From an uncultured Candidatus Saccharibacteria bacterium (GTDB lineage: Bacteria > Patescibacteriota > Minisyncoccia > Phycocordibacterales > CAIZLB01): a stretch of 64,000 bases of DNA. A program made the translations under genes and the position numbers. Below the pieces are notes generated by a model, which was not told the origin of the DNA, did no database searches, and worked only from the letters and a program-made list of their open reading frames with translations. Of the stretch, positions 19,614 to 28,566 are shown one piece after another; the stretch's first letter is position 1, and the number at the start of each line of letters is the position of its first letter. The DNA is taken from assembly GCA_964620475.1 (NCBI GenBank), contig CAZUJN010000001.1:83497-147496 (forward strand), in the 5' to 3' direction.

Positions 19614-20957
19614 ATGAAGAATTGGGTCTTTTTATTTTTATTAACTATGTCTATTGTGTCGGTGTTTTTGGGTTTGAAAAAGTTTCGTGAAAACTCTGAC
19701 TCTCTACAACAGAGATTCGGAGATAAAAAGTTTTTGAAGTTGGATACTGTGATTAGGGTTCAGGGTGAGATTAATCAAAAAGATTATAAAAATATTTTCA
19801 TCGGTGAGGGTAGTGAAAAGTATAAAGTAACAGTTCGTGGTGATATAGAGTCAGGTGATTGTCTTCAGGTCTCGGGTAATGTTTCTATTCCAGAGAATAA
19901 GAAAGGCTCTGAAACTTTGTATGACTTTCCCTACAGAGAATATCTTGCTAAAGATGATATTTATCTTTTGTATAATGTCACCAAGTTTAAGAAAGTTGAT
20001 AGTTGCCGAGCTTTGAGTTTTTATGAAAATGTTAAATTATATTTTCTTAGACAAAAGATAAAAATTACAAAAGTGTTCTTAGAAAAATACGAACAACCTT
20101 ATGCCGGGTTAGTAGCTGGAGTGCTGATCGCGGGTAAGGGGTTGATGAGTGCTGAAACACTTGAATTGTTTAAAAGAGTGAGTTTGTCACATGTGGTGGT
20201 TTTGTCTGGATCAAATGTTTCGATAATAATTTTTTGTATAAAATATTTTTTTGATAATTTATTTTTGATTTTGAGACTTAGGAAAAATTTTATAACAGAA
20301 TTTTTGAAAAAGATTTTAATGATAGTTTTGATTTCTGTTTTTGTTTTGTTGACGGGTGGAGGTGCTCCTATATACAGAGCTTTTGTTTCTTCTGTTTGTG
20401 GTTTGTTAATTTTTAATAATAAAGTTTCTCAACTTTATGCTTTGAATATTGTTGTGATGATTATGACAATCATCAACCCACTTGGAACTTTATATGATCC
20501 ATCATTTCATCTGACATGTTGTGCAACTTATGGACTTATAATGTTTACTGATAGATTTGATAAGATGATAATTTTTTCTAGATTAAATTTTATTCCAAAT
20601 TTTTTAAGAGAGATTATTTCTGTAACTTTAGCAACTCAAGTATTTGTATTTCCATATATTATGTTTATGAGTGGAAGTTTTTCATCGGTGTTTTTGTTGA
20701 GTAATGTTTTTGTTTTACCTTTGATTCCATTTGTGATGTTGTTAGGGTTTATGAGTCTGTTTTCATGGGTTAGTGATTTGTCGGTTTTTATAAATAATAT
20801 AATTCTGAAGATAATATTTTGGGTGGTTGATTTTTTGAGTAAGGTGCCGGGAGGGTATGTTGTGTTTGATAAAAAAGTTTGTGTGGTGATACTTGTGGTT
20901 TATGGGATATTTGTGTTGGGGTTGTTTTGGAAAATGAAAAAGTCCGGGGCTGTGTAG
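19614..20957 (+). CDS. comEC: ComEC/Rec2 competence channel, membrane part (DUF4131 plus Competence domain) without the MBL domain
   Basis: 447 aa. An N-terminal OB-like region, then a polytopic segment with SHVVVLSGSNVSIII (ComEC signature). Confidence 0.7.
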   Translation: MKNWVFLFLLTMSIVSVFLGLKKFRENSDSLQQRFGDKKFLKLDTVIRVQGEINQKDYKNIFIGEGSEKYKVTVRGDIESGDCLQVSGNVSIPENKKGSETLYDFPYREYLAKDDIYLLYNVTKFKKVDSCRALSFYENVKLYFLRQKIKITKVFLEKYEQPYAGLVAGVLIAGKGLMSAETLELFKRVSLSHVVVLSGSNVSIIIFCIKYFFDNLFLILRLRKNFITEFLKKILMIVLISVFVLLTGGGAPIYRAFVSSVCGLLIFNNKVSQLYALNIVVMIMTIINPLGTLYDPSFHLTCCATYGLIMFTDRFDKMIIFSRLNFIPNFLREIISVTLATQVFVFPYIMFMSGSFSSVFLLSNVFVLPLIPFVMLLGFMSLFSWVSDLSVFINNIILKIIFWVVDFLSKVPGGYVVFDKKVCVVILVVYGIFVLGLFWKMKKSGAV

Positions 20958-20985
20958 CTCCGGACTGAGGGGGGGGTGGGGTCTT
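20936..20985 (-). repeat. GC-rich terminator-like repeat, copy H0 (G8 tract plus hairpin), 3' of the minus-strand ORF 20984..21244
   Basis: Read on the minus strand: ccccaccccccccc-tcagtccgg-agctacacagcc-ccggact-tttt. Related to the copies at 43757-43801 and 45017-45069. Confidence 0.5.
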
Positions 20986-21244
20986 ACAAAAATACTCGAT
21001 AGACGGTTATACCAGCCATAATTGGTGGCACGAATACCCAGAAGAAGGCAAGAAATCTTCTGCGGCCTGTGCTGCTAGGAAATACTTTCATTCCCACAGT
21101 GAACACAAATGCGTTTACACATAGCTGTGTGACGGCTGCCGCCCATGTACAACTACCGAAGACTTTCATGTGTATCAATATGAAGACGGATAAACCTGCC
21201 GCTCCTGAGAGTTTCATCCACAAATCTTTTTGTTCAATGTTCAT
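20984..21244 (-). CDS. small membrane protein, hypothetical, with GC above background
   Basis: 86 aa with two or three hydrophobic helices, followed by the H0 element. Confidence 0.3.
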   Translation of the reverse strand: MNIEQKDLWMKLSGAAGLSVFILIHMKVFGSCTWAAAVTQLCVNAFVFTVGMKVFPSSTGRRRFLAFFWVFVPPIMAGITVYRVFL

Positions 21245-21343
21245 AACTATATTATATAATAATAAAATAGTTATGTCAAATAAACAAAACTCTAAAAACC
21301 ACCCAAAACAAAAACCTCGGCTCTCACCAGGGTTCTTGATTGA

Positions 21344-21931
21344 TTAATACCTCCCCTCAACCACACTCCAATTAACGTTCTCAAAAAAGGCTTCTATATA
21401 TTTCTTTTTCTCTGATGGCGGTACGTCCAACATATATGAATGTTCCCACATATCAAGTGCGAGTACAGGTTTAAGACCTGTTAGATGACCTTCATGTTGT
21501 TCTCCAATCCAAGTGTTTATTAGATTACCTGTTTTCTCATCTAAGTATAAGAATGCCCAACCTATACCACGAGTCATCGCCAGGGTTTTAAACTCTGATA
21601 ACCATTTATCATAAGATCCCCAAGTCTCAACAATCTTTTTGTATAGATTAGACTCTGTATTGTTGGTTACAGGCCCCCCTTCAAATTGTGTGAAATAATA
21701 TTCATGATTTCTCATACCTCCAAATTCAAAACCAAGCCTTCTTTTAAGTTCACCTATAGTATATAGATTTTTCTCTGTATCTTCTGATAATTCAGCTATC
21801 TTTTGTAAGATTAAATTTGTATGTTTAACATATCCAGCATAAAGTTTTAGATGCTCTTCTATAGTTTTAGATGAGATATTTTTTAACTCTCCTATATTAA
21901 ACTGTTTTTCTATATATGTATTGTAATTCAT
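21344..21931 (-). CDS. sod: Fe/Mn superoxide dismutase
   Basis: 195 aa. DMWEHSYMLD and GWAFLYLD motifs. Confidence 0.9.
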   Translation of the reverse strand: MNYNTYIEKQFNIGELKNISSKTIEEHLKLYAGYVKHTNLILQKIAELSEDTEKNLYTIGELKRRLGFEFGGMRNHEYYFTQFEGGPVTNNTESNLYKKIVETWGSYDKWLSEFKTLAMTRGIGWAFLYLDEKTGNLINTWIGEQHEGHLTGLKPVLALDMWEHSYMLDVPPSEKKKYIEAFFENVNWSVVEGRY

Positions 21932-21988
21932 TTCTTTATTATTTCTTTTGATTTATTTGATATAATTTATGTTTATAATTATATAACA

Positions 21989-22894
21989 ATGAAAAATTTA
22001 TTCTATAAATATAACATCTTTCATGTCATTATAGCATTTTTGTTTATTTTAGATGTGCTTTTGATTGTCTTTGTGTATCAGAATAAAGATTGTAAGACTA
22101 ACATCAACAGAGTTTCCTTCTTAGATGTTGGTCAAGGTGATGCTATTTATATAGAGAATGATAAAGGCCAAAATATGCTTATAGATACAGGGAATAAAGA
22201 TTCTGATGTTTTGAATCAGATCAGAAAAGTTGAAAACTGTTCTCGTGTAAATATAGACTATCTAGTTTTAACTCATCCAGACCAGGATCATATAGGTGAA
22301 GCTTATAATCTCATATCAAAAGGTTTTGTTAAAAAAGTTATACATAATGGTTTTTTAGATATAGATCAGCCAGGAGAGAGTCAAACTGAGAATGATTTAG
22401 AAAATATCATAAATACACATCATATAACAAAACAAAATATAGTAGATTTAAATACTATTGATTTTCCGGGCTTTAATATAAATGTTATATTTCCTTGGTC
22501 CAAAGTTTATGAAGGTAAGGATAAAAAGAAAGATGACAATTATTATTCTATAGTTATTAAGGTCGAGAAGGGTCAAAAAAGTTTTCTGTTAACAGGAGAT
22601 GCCTCTATGAAAAGTGAAAGGGACATATTGGATAAATATTGTTTTAAGAAAAAACCTTGTCCAGAGTTAGAGTCAGACGTGTTGAAGTTAGGTCATCATG
22701 GATCTAAGACATCCAGTAGTTATGATTTTTTGAAAATTGTTAATGCGACAGAATATATAGTATCAGCTGGTAAAAACAACAGATATCATCATCCAAGTCA
22801 GGAAACTCTAGATAATATAAATCTATTAAACAAAAAAGACTCTCATAGCAGAGAGACTTCTTTAGAGGGAAATATAGTTTATGTTTTAGATTAG
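21989..22894 (+). CDS. metallo-beta-lactamase fold protein, ComEC C-terminal-domain-like (ComEC encoded in two pieces)
   Basis: 301 aa. N-terminal TM helix, FLDVGQGDAIYIE and LVLTHPDQDHIGE (HxHxDH) motifs. Confidence 0.7.
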   Translation: MKNLFYKYNIFHVIIAFLFILDVLLIVFVYQNKDCKTNINRVSFLDVGQGDAIYIENDKGQNMLIDTGNKDSDVLNQIRKVENCSRVNIDYLVLTHPDQDHIGEAYNLISKGFVKKVIHNGFLDIDQPGESQTENDLENIINTHHITKQNIVDLNTIDFPGFNINVIFPWSKVYEGKDKKKDDNYYSIVIKVEKGQKSFLLTGDASMKSERDILDKYCFKKKPCPELESDVLKLGHHGSKTSSSYDFLKIVNATEYIVSAGKNNRYHHPSQETLDNINLLNKKDSHSRETSLEGNIVYVLD

Positions 22895-23133
22895 ATTAAA
22901 CCAGCTTTCTTCAAAGTTTGGAAAGCGCCGTTTTTTTGTATAGTTTTTAAACCTCTTGCTGATACAGTTATAGATACTGTTTTGTTCAACTCAGGAACAA
23001 AAACTTTTTTCTTTTGTAGATTTGGATATCTTCTCCTTGTACCTGTAGGGTTAAATTTCTCAGCACGTGTTCTGTTAGAATACCCACCTCCAATTATAGA
23101 TCCTCTTTTTGTTATTTCGCAGATTTTAGCCAT
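22891..23133 (-). CDS. rpmB: 50S ribosomal protein L28
   Basis: MAKICEITKRGS...RRYPNLQKK. The true start is at MAK; the ORF-track start at 23169 is an upstream extension. Confidence 0.8.
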   Translation of the reverse strand: MAKICEITKRGSIIGGGYSNRTRAEKFNPTGTRRRYPNLQKKKVFVPELNKTVSITVSARGLKTIQKNGAFQTLKKAGLI

Positions 23134-23201
23134 GGGGGATATATTAGCATAAATATATAATTGTGGCAATATAATAGTCTTCTATGTTATATTAAATAAA
23201 T

Positions 23202-23663
23202 ATGATCAAAAAAAGTGATAAGAAACTTATAAATAAACCTTTTGAGGAGAGAATAGCTACTTGGGTTGGATCAACTAGTTCATTATATATACATACAGCC
23301 ATGTTCTTGGCTGCGTTTATATTGATATTGCTTGGGGTGTCTGAAGAAAGAGTATTGCTTATACTAACCACTTTAGTTTCTTTAGAGGCTATATACTTAG
23401 CTATATTTATACAAATGTCTGTAAATAAAAACACTGAATCCCTAGAAGAGGTTGAAGAGGATTTGGGAGAGATTCAAGAAGATATTGAAGATATTCAAGA
23501 AGATGTTGATGAGATCCAAGAAGATATTGATGAGATTGAAGAGGATGTTGATGATATTGAAGAAGGTGACAATAAACGTGATAAACAAGTTGATGATAAA
23601 TTTAGAAGCATAGATAGACAACTAGAGATAATTTTACAAGAAATAAAAAATCTGAAACAATAA
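23202..23663 (+). CDS. two-TM membrane protein (DUF1003-like?) with an acidic coiled tail
   Basis: 153 aa. The tail EDIEDIQEDVDEIQEDIDEIEEDVDDIEE is encoded by 21-nt tandem repeats (about 23463-23567). Confidence 0.45.
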   Translation: MIKKSDKKLINKPFEERIATWVGSTSSLYIHTAMFLAAFILILLGVSEERVLLILTTLVSLEAIYLAIFIQMSVNKNTESLEEVEEDLGEIQEDIEDIQEDVDEIQEDIDEIEEDVDDIEEGDNKRDKQVDDKFRSIDRQLEIILQEIKNLKQ

Positions 23664-23667
23664 TATC

Positions 23668-24255
23668 ATGACAATAATTTCTTTACTTATACTTATATTA
23701 TCGATAGTGGCTCATGAAGTTGCACATGGTATAGCCGCTTTATGGCAAGGAGATAGAACAGCAAAAGAGGCAGGCAGACTTACTTTGAATCCTATGGCAC
23801 ATATAGATCCTATAGGATCTGTGATATTACCACTAACTATGTTTTTTATAGGTTCTCCTTTTTTATTCGGTTGGGCAAAACCCGTACCAGTTAATCCTTA
23901 TTATTTTAGAAATGTAAGATACGGTGAGACTTTAGTTGCATTTGCTGGTCCATTAGTGAATCTTATATTCGTAGCTGTATTTACCTTGTTGATAAATTTT
24001 GGAAATTTCGGACAAAACTTTATTGATGTAGCTTCAATGATTGTTTTGATAAATCTAGTTTTAGCTTTCTTTAATTTGATGCCAATACCTCCACTTGATG
24101 GTTCTAAAATATTTTTTACACTTATACCACAAAGGTTTTATAAACTTAGACAATCATTAGAATCAAAATCGTTTATATTTTGGTTTATTGCAATAATAAT
24201 TATTTGGCAATTTTTCTATCCTTTAGTTTGGTGGTTGTATGGCGTGTTGGTGTAG
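23668..24255 (+). CDS. site-2 protease family (peptidase M50) membrane metalloprotease
   Basis: 195 aa. HEVAHG (HExxH) in TM1 and a second motif LNLVLAFFNLMPIPPLDG. Confidence 0.7.
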   Translation: MTIISLLILILSIVAHEVAHGIAALWQGDRTAKEAGRLTLNPMAHIDPIGSVILPLTMFFIGSPFLFGWAKPVPVNPYYFRNVRYGETLVAFAGPLVNLIFVAVFTLLINFGNFGQNFIDVASMIVLINLVLAFFNLMPIPPLDGSKIFFTLIPQRFYKLRQSLESKSFIFWFIAIIIIWQFFYPLVWWLYGVLV

Positions 24256-26175
24256 CAACATACCGACTTCACCCTCAAATTCCTTTCTGTATTGTTTCCA
24301 GCCAATAAAATTTCCTATTCTTGTTTCAGAGTCTAAGGCCTTAGCAGCATGTTCAAAAGGACTCCAGTGTCCAGATGATGATAGTTTTGTATACAGTTTA
24401 AGATCATTGTCTATGTTTGATGTTTTACCGTCAAAGGTTGAATAACTAACCCTGGCACATCTAGCGACGCTTATCTTTTTCTTTATATCTAAGTTTAAAC
24501 TTTCTTCCTCTTTTAATATAAAAGGTAAATGCCATTCATTGGTTTTTAATATTGTGGGTTTAATTGATTTTAATAATGAATCTATTTTTCGCGCCACCAG
24601 CCTAGTCTCTGGTTGGGCATCTTCTTTTGTTCTTAGGTTTAAGAAGTTATCCCATTCTGTTGATGTTATTATTATGTCTATCATTAACCACGGCTCTAAT
24701 ATTCTATTTAATATCTCTTTGTGTAAATTAATTTTCTCTCCAAAGAAGTGAAAAATAATTGGAATATATCTAGACCACAACCATATCTTTTTTGATATAA
24801 GTAATCTTATGCCAATTAATTTTTCTCCAGATTGCATACCTGGTTTATTTTCACCGAAGTAAATTGGTAGATATGGATTTGATATAACAGATTGTCTTAT
24901 TTTTTTTGCGGGTATTGCACGACTCGACGCCGAATTTCTTGATAAAAGTCTGTGGCTTATTATATGACCCCATACGAATTTCGGTATAGTTATTTTAAAG
25001 GTAGATATTCTTTTTCCTGTTTGCTCTGATTGAGAGTATTTTAGTATCTCAACCTTAATCTGTTCTTTATTTTTTTGAATTTTAGATTTGAGGTCTATAT
25101 CTATAAATTTATTTTCTGTATCAAAGGATAATATAGATGCTGATAAAACTGATTTATACAATACTGAGATAGTATTTTCTATTTCTTGAGGGGTAGATTC
25201 AAAAGCATTACCTCTAAAAGTAATAGGAAAACCGTTATTTATAAGTATTATATTATCTTTTTGTATATCTGTATGTGGTCCTATATTTATTTGATTATTT
25301 CTAAAATACAAAGAATCGAATTCTCTGTCAGATGAAGACATGCTTATTAGAAATAGTTTATCAATTATATTTTTGTTTATATAGTCAAGCTGATTTTTAC
25401 TTAGTATGTGTTTTCCAACACAACCGACCACAAGATTGATTCTATTTCTGATAATCACATCTACAATATTTTCTCTTTCATTATTTTTAATATCATACCC
25501 AACACAAAAATATTTTTTATCTAATTCTTTTTTTATTGATGAGCCTATAGGGCCAAGTCCTGATATTAATATTCTTGGTTTTATATTGTATTGATTTATA
25601 GTCTCATTGATTCTTTTTGTGCCTATTTTAGCTATGATTGGACTTTCTTTTTTTAATTTAGTGTTTGATCTCGCTACATTAAATATAGGAAATAATAATT
25701 TTTCATCTTCTAATTTTCTAAAACCAGAAGATGTTTGCTCAACACCAACTGTTATCATGTTGCTATTATTAGTCTTAAAATATTCTAAAGCAGTTTTTAT
25801 TAATTCACCGCCATCATCTAATAATATTAGCCTTGAATTGGGTCCAAGCAATTGCTTTATTCTACAGAATTCTTTATCGCAGTTTTCTTTGTGTTGTATA
25901 TCGAAATATTTATTTTGGTTAAATTCATGTTCTATGATATCAAAACCTTTGGTTTTTAAATCATTCAATACTATTTTATTTGTAGAATAAATTTTACCAA
26001 ATATGTGTATATTTTCTTTTGGTATACCTGATTTATTAATCATATCAAACATGAAAGCCTGGGGTGACAATATATGCTGACAGGCCAATATATGAACATT
26101 TGTAAAATCACCCTCAATTTTTTTGAAGATTTTATGAATCTTTTGTATTTTTGGATAATTATATTGATTGTTCAT
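24223..26175 (-). CDS. two-domain protein: N-terminal Rossmann-like (GLGPIGS) domain fused to a ThyX-like (flavin-dependent thymidylate synthase fold) domain with permuted motif order
   Basis: 650 aa. C-terminal half: TFKITIPKFVWGHIISHRLLSRNSASSRAI aligns with ThyX ...[21 protein letters not shown] (RHRx7S motif). EWDNFLNLRTKEDAQ aligns with ThyX SLMNFLNLRADSHAQ. ISVARCARVSY...SSGHWSPFEH aligns with the ThyX N-terminal AVRAARVSF...HGHETPFEH segment but lies at the C-terminus. Confidence 0.6.
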   Translation of the reverse strand: MNNQYNYPKIQKIHKIFKKIEGDFTNVHILACQHILSPQAFMFDMINKSGIPKENIHIFGKIYSTNKIVLNDLKTKGFDIIEHEFNQNKYFDIQHKENCDKEFCRIKQLLGPNSRLILLDDGGELIKTALEYFKTNNSNMITVGVEQTSSGFRKLEDEKLLFPIFNVARSNTKLKKESPIIAKIGTKRINETINQYNIKPRILISGLGPIGSSIKKELDKKYFCVGYDIKNNERENIVDVIIRNRINLVVGCVGKHILSKNQLDYINKNIIDKLFLISMSSSDREFDSLYFRNNQINIGPHTDIQKDNIILINNGFPITFRGNAFESTPQEIENTISVLYKSVLSASILSFDTENKFIDIDLKSKIQKNKEQIKVEILKYSQSEQTGKRISTFKITIPKFVWGHIISHRLLSRNSASSRAIPAKKIRQSVISNPYLPIYFGENKPGMQSGEKLIGIRLLISKKIWLWSRYIPIIFHFFGEKINLHKEILNRILEPWLMIDIIITSTEWDNFLNLRTKEDAQPETRLVARKIDSLLKSIKPTILKTNEWHLPFILKEEESLNLDIKKKISVARCARVSYSTFDGKTSNIDNDLKLYTKLSSSGHWSPFEHAAKALDSETRIGNFIGWKQYRKEFEGEVGMLLHQHAIQPPN

Positions 26176-26286
26176 ATAATAGGTGAGTCATATTGACTTG
26201 ACACTATTATAACTTTATGTCACTATAATATATACAGTTCGGCGAATTGCGAATATTTATATAATATAATACAATTTAGATAAATT

Positions 26287-27081
26287 ATGACAAACAACAC
26301 TTTAAATATAGATCAAATATGCCAGGTTTTAGATATTAAACCTGTTACGAAACGCATATTATTATCATTGATAGAGAAAGGTAATATGACCGTAGCTGAT
26401 ATATCATCCCATCTTAAAATACCCAAATCTACCATATATGACTCATTACAAGAGCTTATGGATAAAAGCATTGTCATAGAATATATGGATGGTAGGGCAA
26501 AGTCTTTTGGTATATCTAATCTGTCTCATTTAGAAGAGATATATAAAAAACAGATAAATAAACTTGATAATGCTCATAAATCACTGATTTCATATATACA
26601 AGAAAATTTAAATAAAAGTGACAATACAGGAGTGTCTCGTCCAAAGATTAAATTTTATTATGGCGTAGATGGTATGAAGCAGGCTTTTCGCGATACGCCC
26701 TGGGTCGAAGAACATAAAGAGACATATCTTATGTGGCCTATGGTTGAAATGGTTCAATTGTTCGGAGAAGATTTTTTGATACATCATGGAACTCCTAGAT
26801 TGCACTATAAAATAAACATGTATGTGGTTCAAAAGGATAGCGATAGAAATAATGTACCAGAGTCTTTTAAATGGAAAAAATATGATGAAAATGAGAGTTT
26901 AACTCATATAAAATATGCTCCTAAAAATATGGATTGGTCTATAAGTTATTGGATATACAGGGACCAAGTATTGTTTGCTGGATCAGGAGAGGAGAAATAT
27001 GCTTTTGTGGTTTATAGTAGAGAGTTTGCGCAACTAATGAAGCTTATGTGGCAACAGATGTATAGTGTGGCAGAGGAATAA
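26287..27081 (+). CDS. TrmB-family winged-helix transcriptional regulator
   Basis: 264 aa. N-terminal HTH (ILLSLIEKGNMTVADISSHLKIPKSTIYDSLQEL). Divergent from the ThyX-like gene. Confidence 0.5.
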   Translation: MTNNTLNIDQICQVLDIKPVTKRILLSLIEKGNMTVADISSHLKIPKSTIYDSLQELMDKSIVIEYMDGRAKSFGISNLSHLEEIYKKQINKLDNAHKSLISYIQENLNKSDNTGVSRPKIKFYYGVDGMKQAFRDTPWVEEHKETYLMWPMVEMVQLFGEDFLIHHGTPRLHYKINMYVVQKDSDRNNVPESFKWKKYDENESLTHIKYAPKNMDWSISYWIYRDQVLFAGSGEEKYAFVVYSREFAQLMKLMWQQMYSVAEE

Positions 27082-27159
27082 TTAATTTATTGACATTCGT
27101 CTATAAATAAACAAATATATACTAAGGTTTGGATAATTTCCCCGAACCAGCACATTGTT

Positions 27160-27915
27160 ATGTCATACGCTCAAGCTAAAGTCACGATTTACTTTGTCAA
27201 AGCCACCGCTTTCATGCATATCTTGTTCCACAAGGTTTCTGATGAGCTTCGTTTCGGACATCTCGTTGGGAGTTTTTTCGTGTATCCGATTAGATCAATT
27301 CCTCTGGCCTATCTTGCTCAGGTCACACCCGAGAAGACAGGGGGCGTTTCCGCTAAGTTATGTGCCGGTGATACAGGAAAAAGTGTTCATATTTATCCAG
27401 GTGATCAGTACATTGCTCTCATATCGGAACCGGCTCAGGATTCGGTTGCTCCTCAGATTGTATCTATGATGCCACGTTATGATTATGTGAGTATCATGGA
27501 ATCTATGAAGCCGATGCATATCGAATTCTCTCCTGACACGGTTTTTGAACTTGATATTCCTGCATGGTCCAGGAAAGTGACAGGTACCATGTTGATGATT
27601 ATCGACAAACTTATCGGACATGTAGGATCCGAAGTTCGAAGTGTCATCAAAAACCCTGATAACAAATGGTGGACTAAGCTTGAGGGTGAAGAGGAATACA
27701 CTCAGGTGTGGCCAATTATTCCGGAAATCACCCAAGACTACATAGCGTCCGCCATGGAACATCCGGTCAAACCATCTATCCCTAAGCCTTCTGAGAAGAA
27801 GGTCATGAAGGGTGCCAGGCCTAAACCGCCCAAAAAACTCACTACAACCGAGAAGGTTCCGGTGAAAACGGCAAAAAAGGTGGCAAAAAAGGCTGCCACC
27901 AAAAGAAACGGTTGA
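27160..27915 (+). CDS. hypothetical protein on a GC-rich (~48%) patch, with a Lys/Pro/Ala-rich histone-H1-like C-terminal tail
   Basis: 251 aa. Tail PKPSEKKVMKGARPKPPKKLTTTEKVPVKTAKKVAKKAATKRNG. The whole 27100-27975 segment is well above background GC, and the start codon is uncertain. Confidence 0.35.
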   Translation: MSYAQAKVTIYFVKATAFMHILFHKVSDELRFGHLVGSFFVYPIRSIPLAYLAQVTPEKTGGVSAKLCAGDTGKSVHIYPGDQYIALISEPAQDSVAPQIVSMMPRYDYVSIMESMKPMHIEFSPDTVFELDIPAWSRKVTGTMLMIIDKLIGHVGSEVRSVIKNPDNKWWTKLEGEEEYTQVWPIIPEITQDYIASAMEHPVKPSIPKPSEKKVMKGARPKPPKKLTTTEKVPVKTAKKVAKKAATKRNG

Positions 27916-27942
27916 TATTGCACCGTTCGACAGTTCAGGTAA

Positions 27943-27971
27943 CCCGATTCGAAAGAATCGGGCCCTTTTTC
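27943..27971 (+). terminator. rho-independent terminator
   Basis: cccgattc-gaaa-gaatcggg followed by ccctttttc. Confidence 0.6.
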
Positions 27972-28029
27972 ATATAAAAGACAGGCTAAACTCTTGCAAA
28001 ACCTTTAAAAATATAGTACATTATGCTGC

Positions 28030-28446
28030 ATGCCTACATTAAATCAATTAGTAAAAAGAAATCGTTCAAAGGCAAAAAGAAAGAGTAAAGCTATTGCACT
28101 TACTCGTGGTTTCAATTCATTATTAAACAAACCTATATATTACAATTCACCACAAAAAAGAGGTGTTTGTACAAAGGTTACAACAAAGACACCTAAAAAA
28201 CCTAACTCAGCTGTTCGTAAGATTGCTCGTGTTAGATTAACAAACGGTATTGAGGTTACAGCCTATATCCCAGGTATGGGTCATAACCTACAAGAACACT
28301 CAGTAGTATTACTACGTGGTGGTCGTGTGAAGGATGTTGGTCTTCGTTATACTATTGTTCGCGGTAAACTTGATACAGCGGGTGTAGATAAAAGAAGAAA
28401 AGGACGTTCATTGTACGGTAGAAAGAAACCAAAAGAAGCAAAATAA
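28030..28446 (+). CDS. rpsL: 30S ribosomal protein S12
   Basis: [12 protein letters not shown]...PNSAVRK...LLRGGRVKD. Confidence 0.9.
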   Translation: MPTLNQLVKRNRSKAKRKSKAIALTRGFNSLLNKPIYYNSPQKRGVCTKVTTKTPKKPNSAVRKIARVRLTNGIEVTAYIPGMGHNLQEHSVVLLRGGRVKDVGLRYTIVRGKLDTAGVDKRRKGRSLYGRKKPKEAK

Positions 28447-28566
28447 TCTTTGAACGAGATTTTTAAAAAGCAAAAAAATCCAATTGGAGTACTCTCATTT
28501 GAGGAATAATACTTACAACGATTGGTAAATTTATAAAAATTAATAAATTATTAAAAAAATAAAAAT

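Noticed and set aside
26190-26230. Sigma70-like promoter (ttgaca ... tataat) upstream of the TrmB-like gene
   Set aside because: The spacer between the best -35 and -10 hexamers is 20 nt, outside the functional range, so this is not reportable as a promoter.
27155-27923. Multiple overlapping ORFs on both strands in the GC-rich patch (27155..27469, 27358..27762, 27483..27701, 27738..27923)
   Set aside because: Elevated GC removes stop codons in all frames. Only the longest plus-strand frame (27160..27915) was kept, and that one with low confidence.
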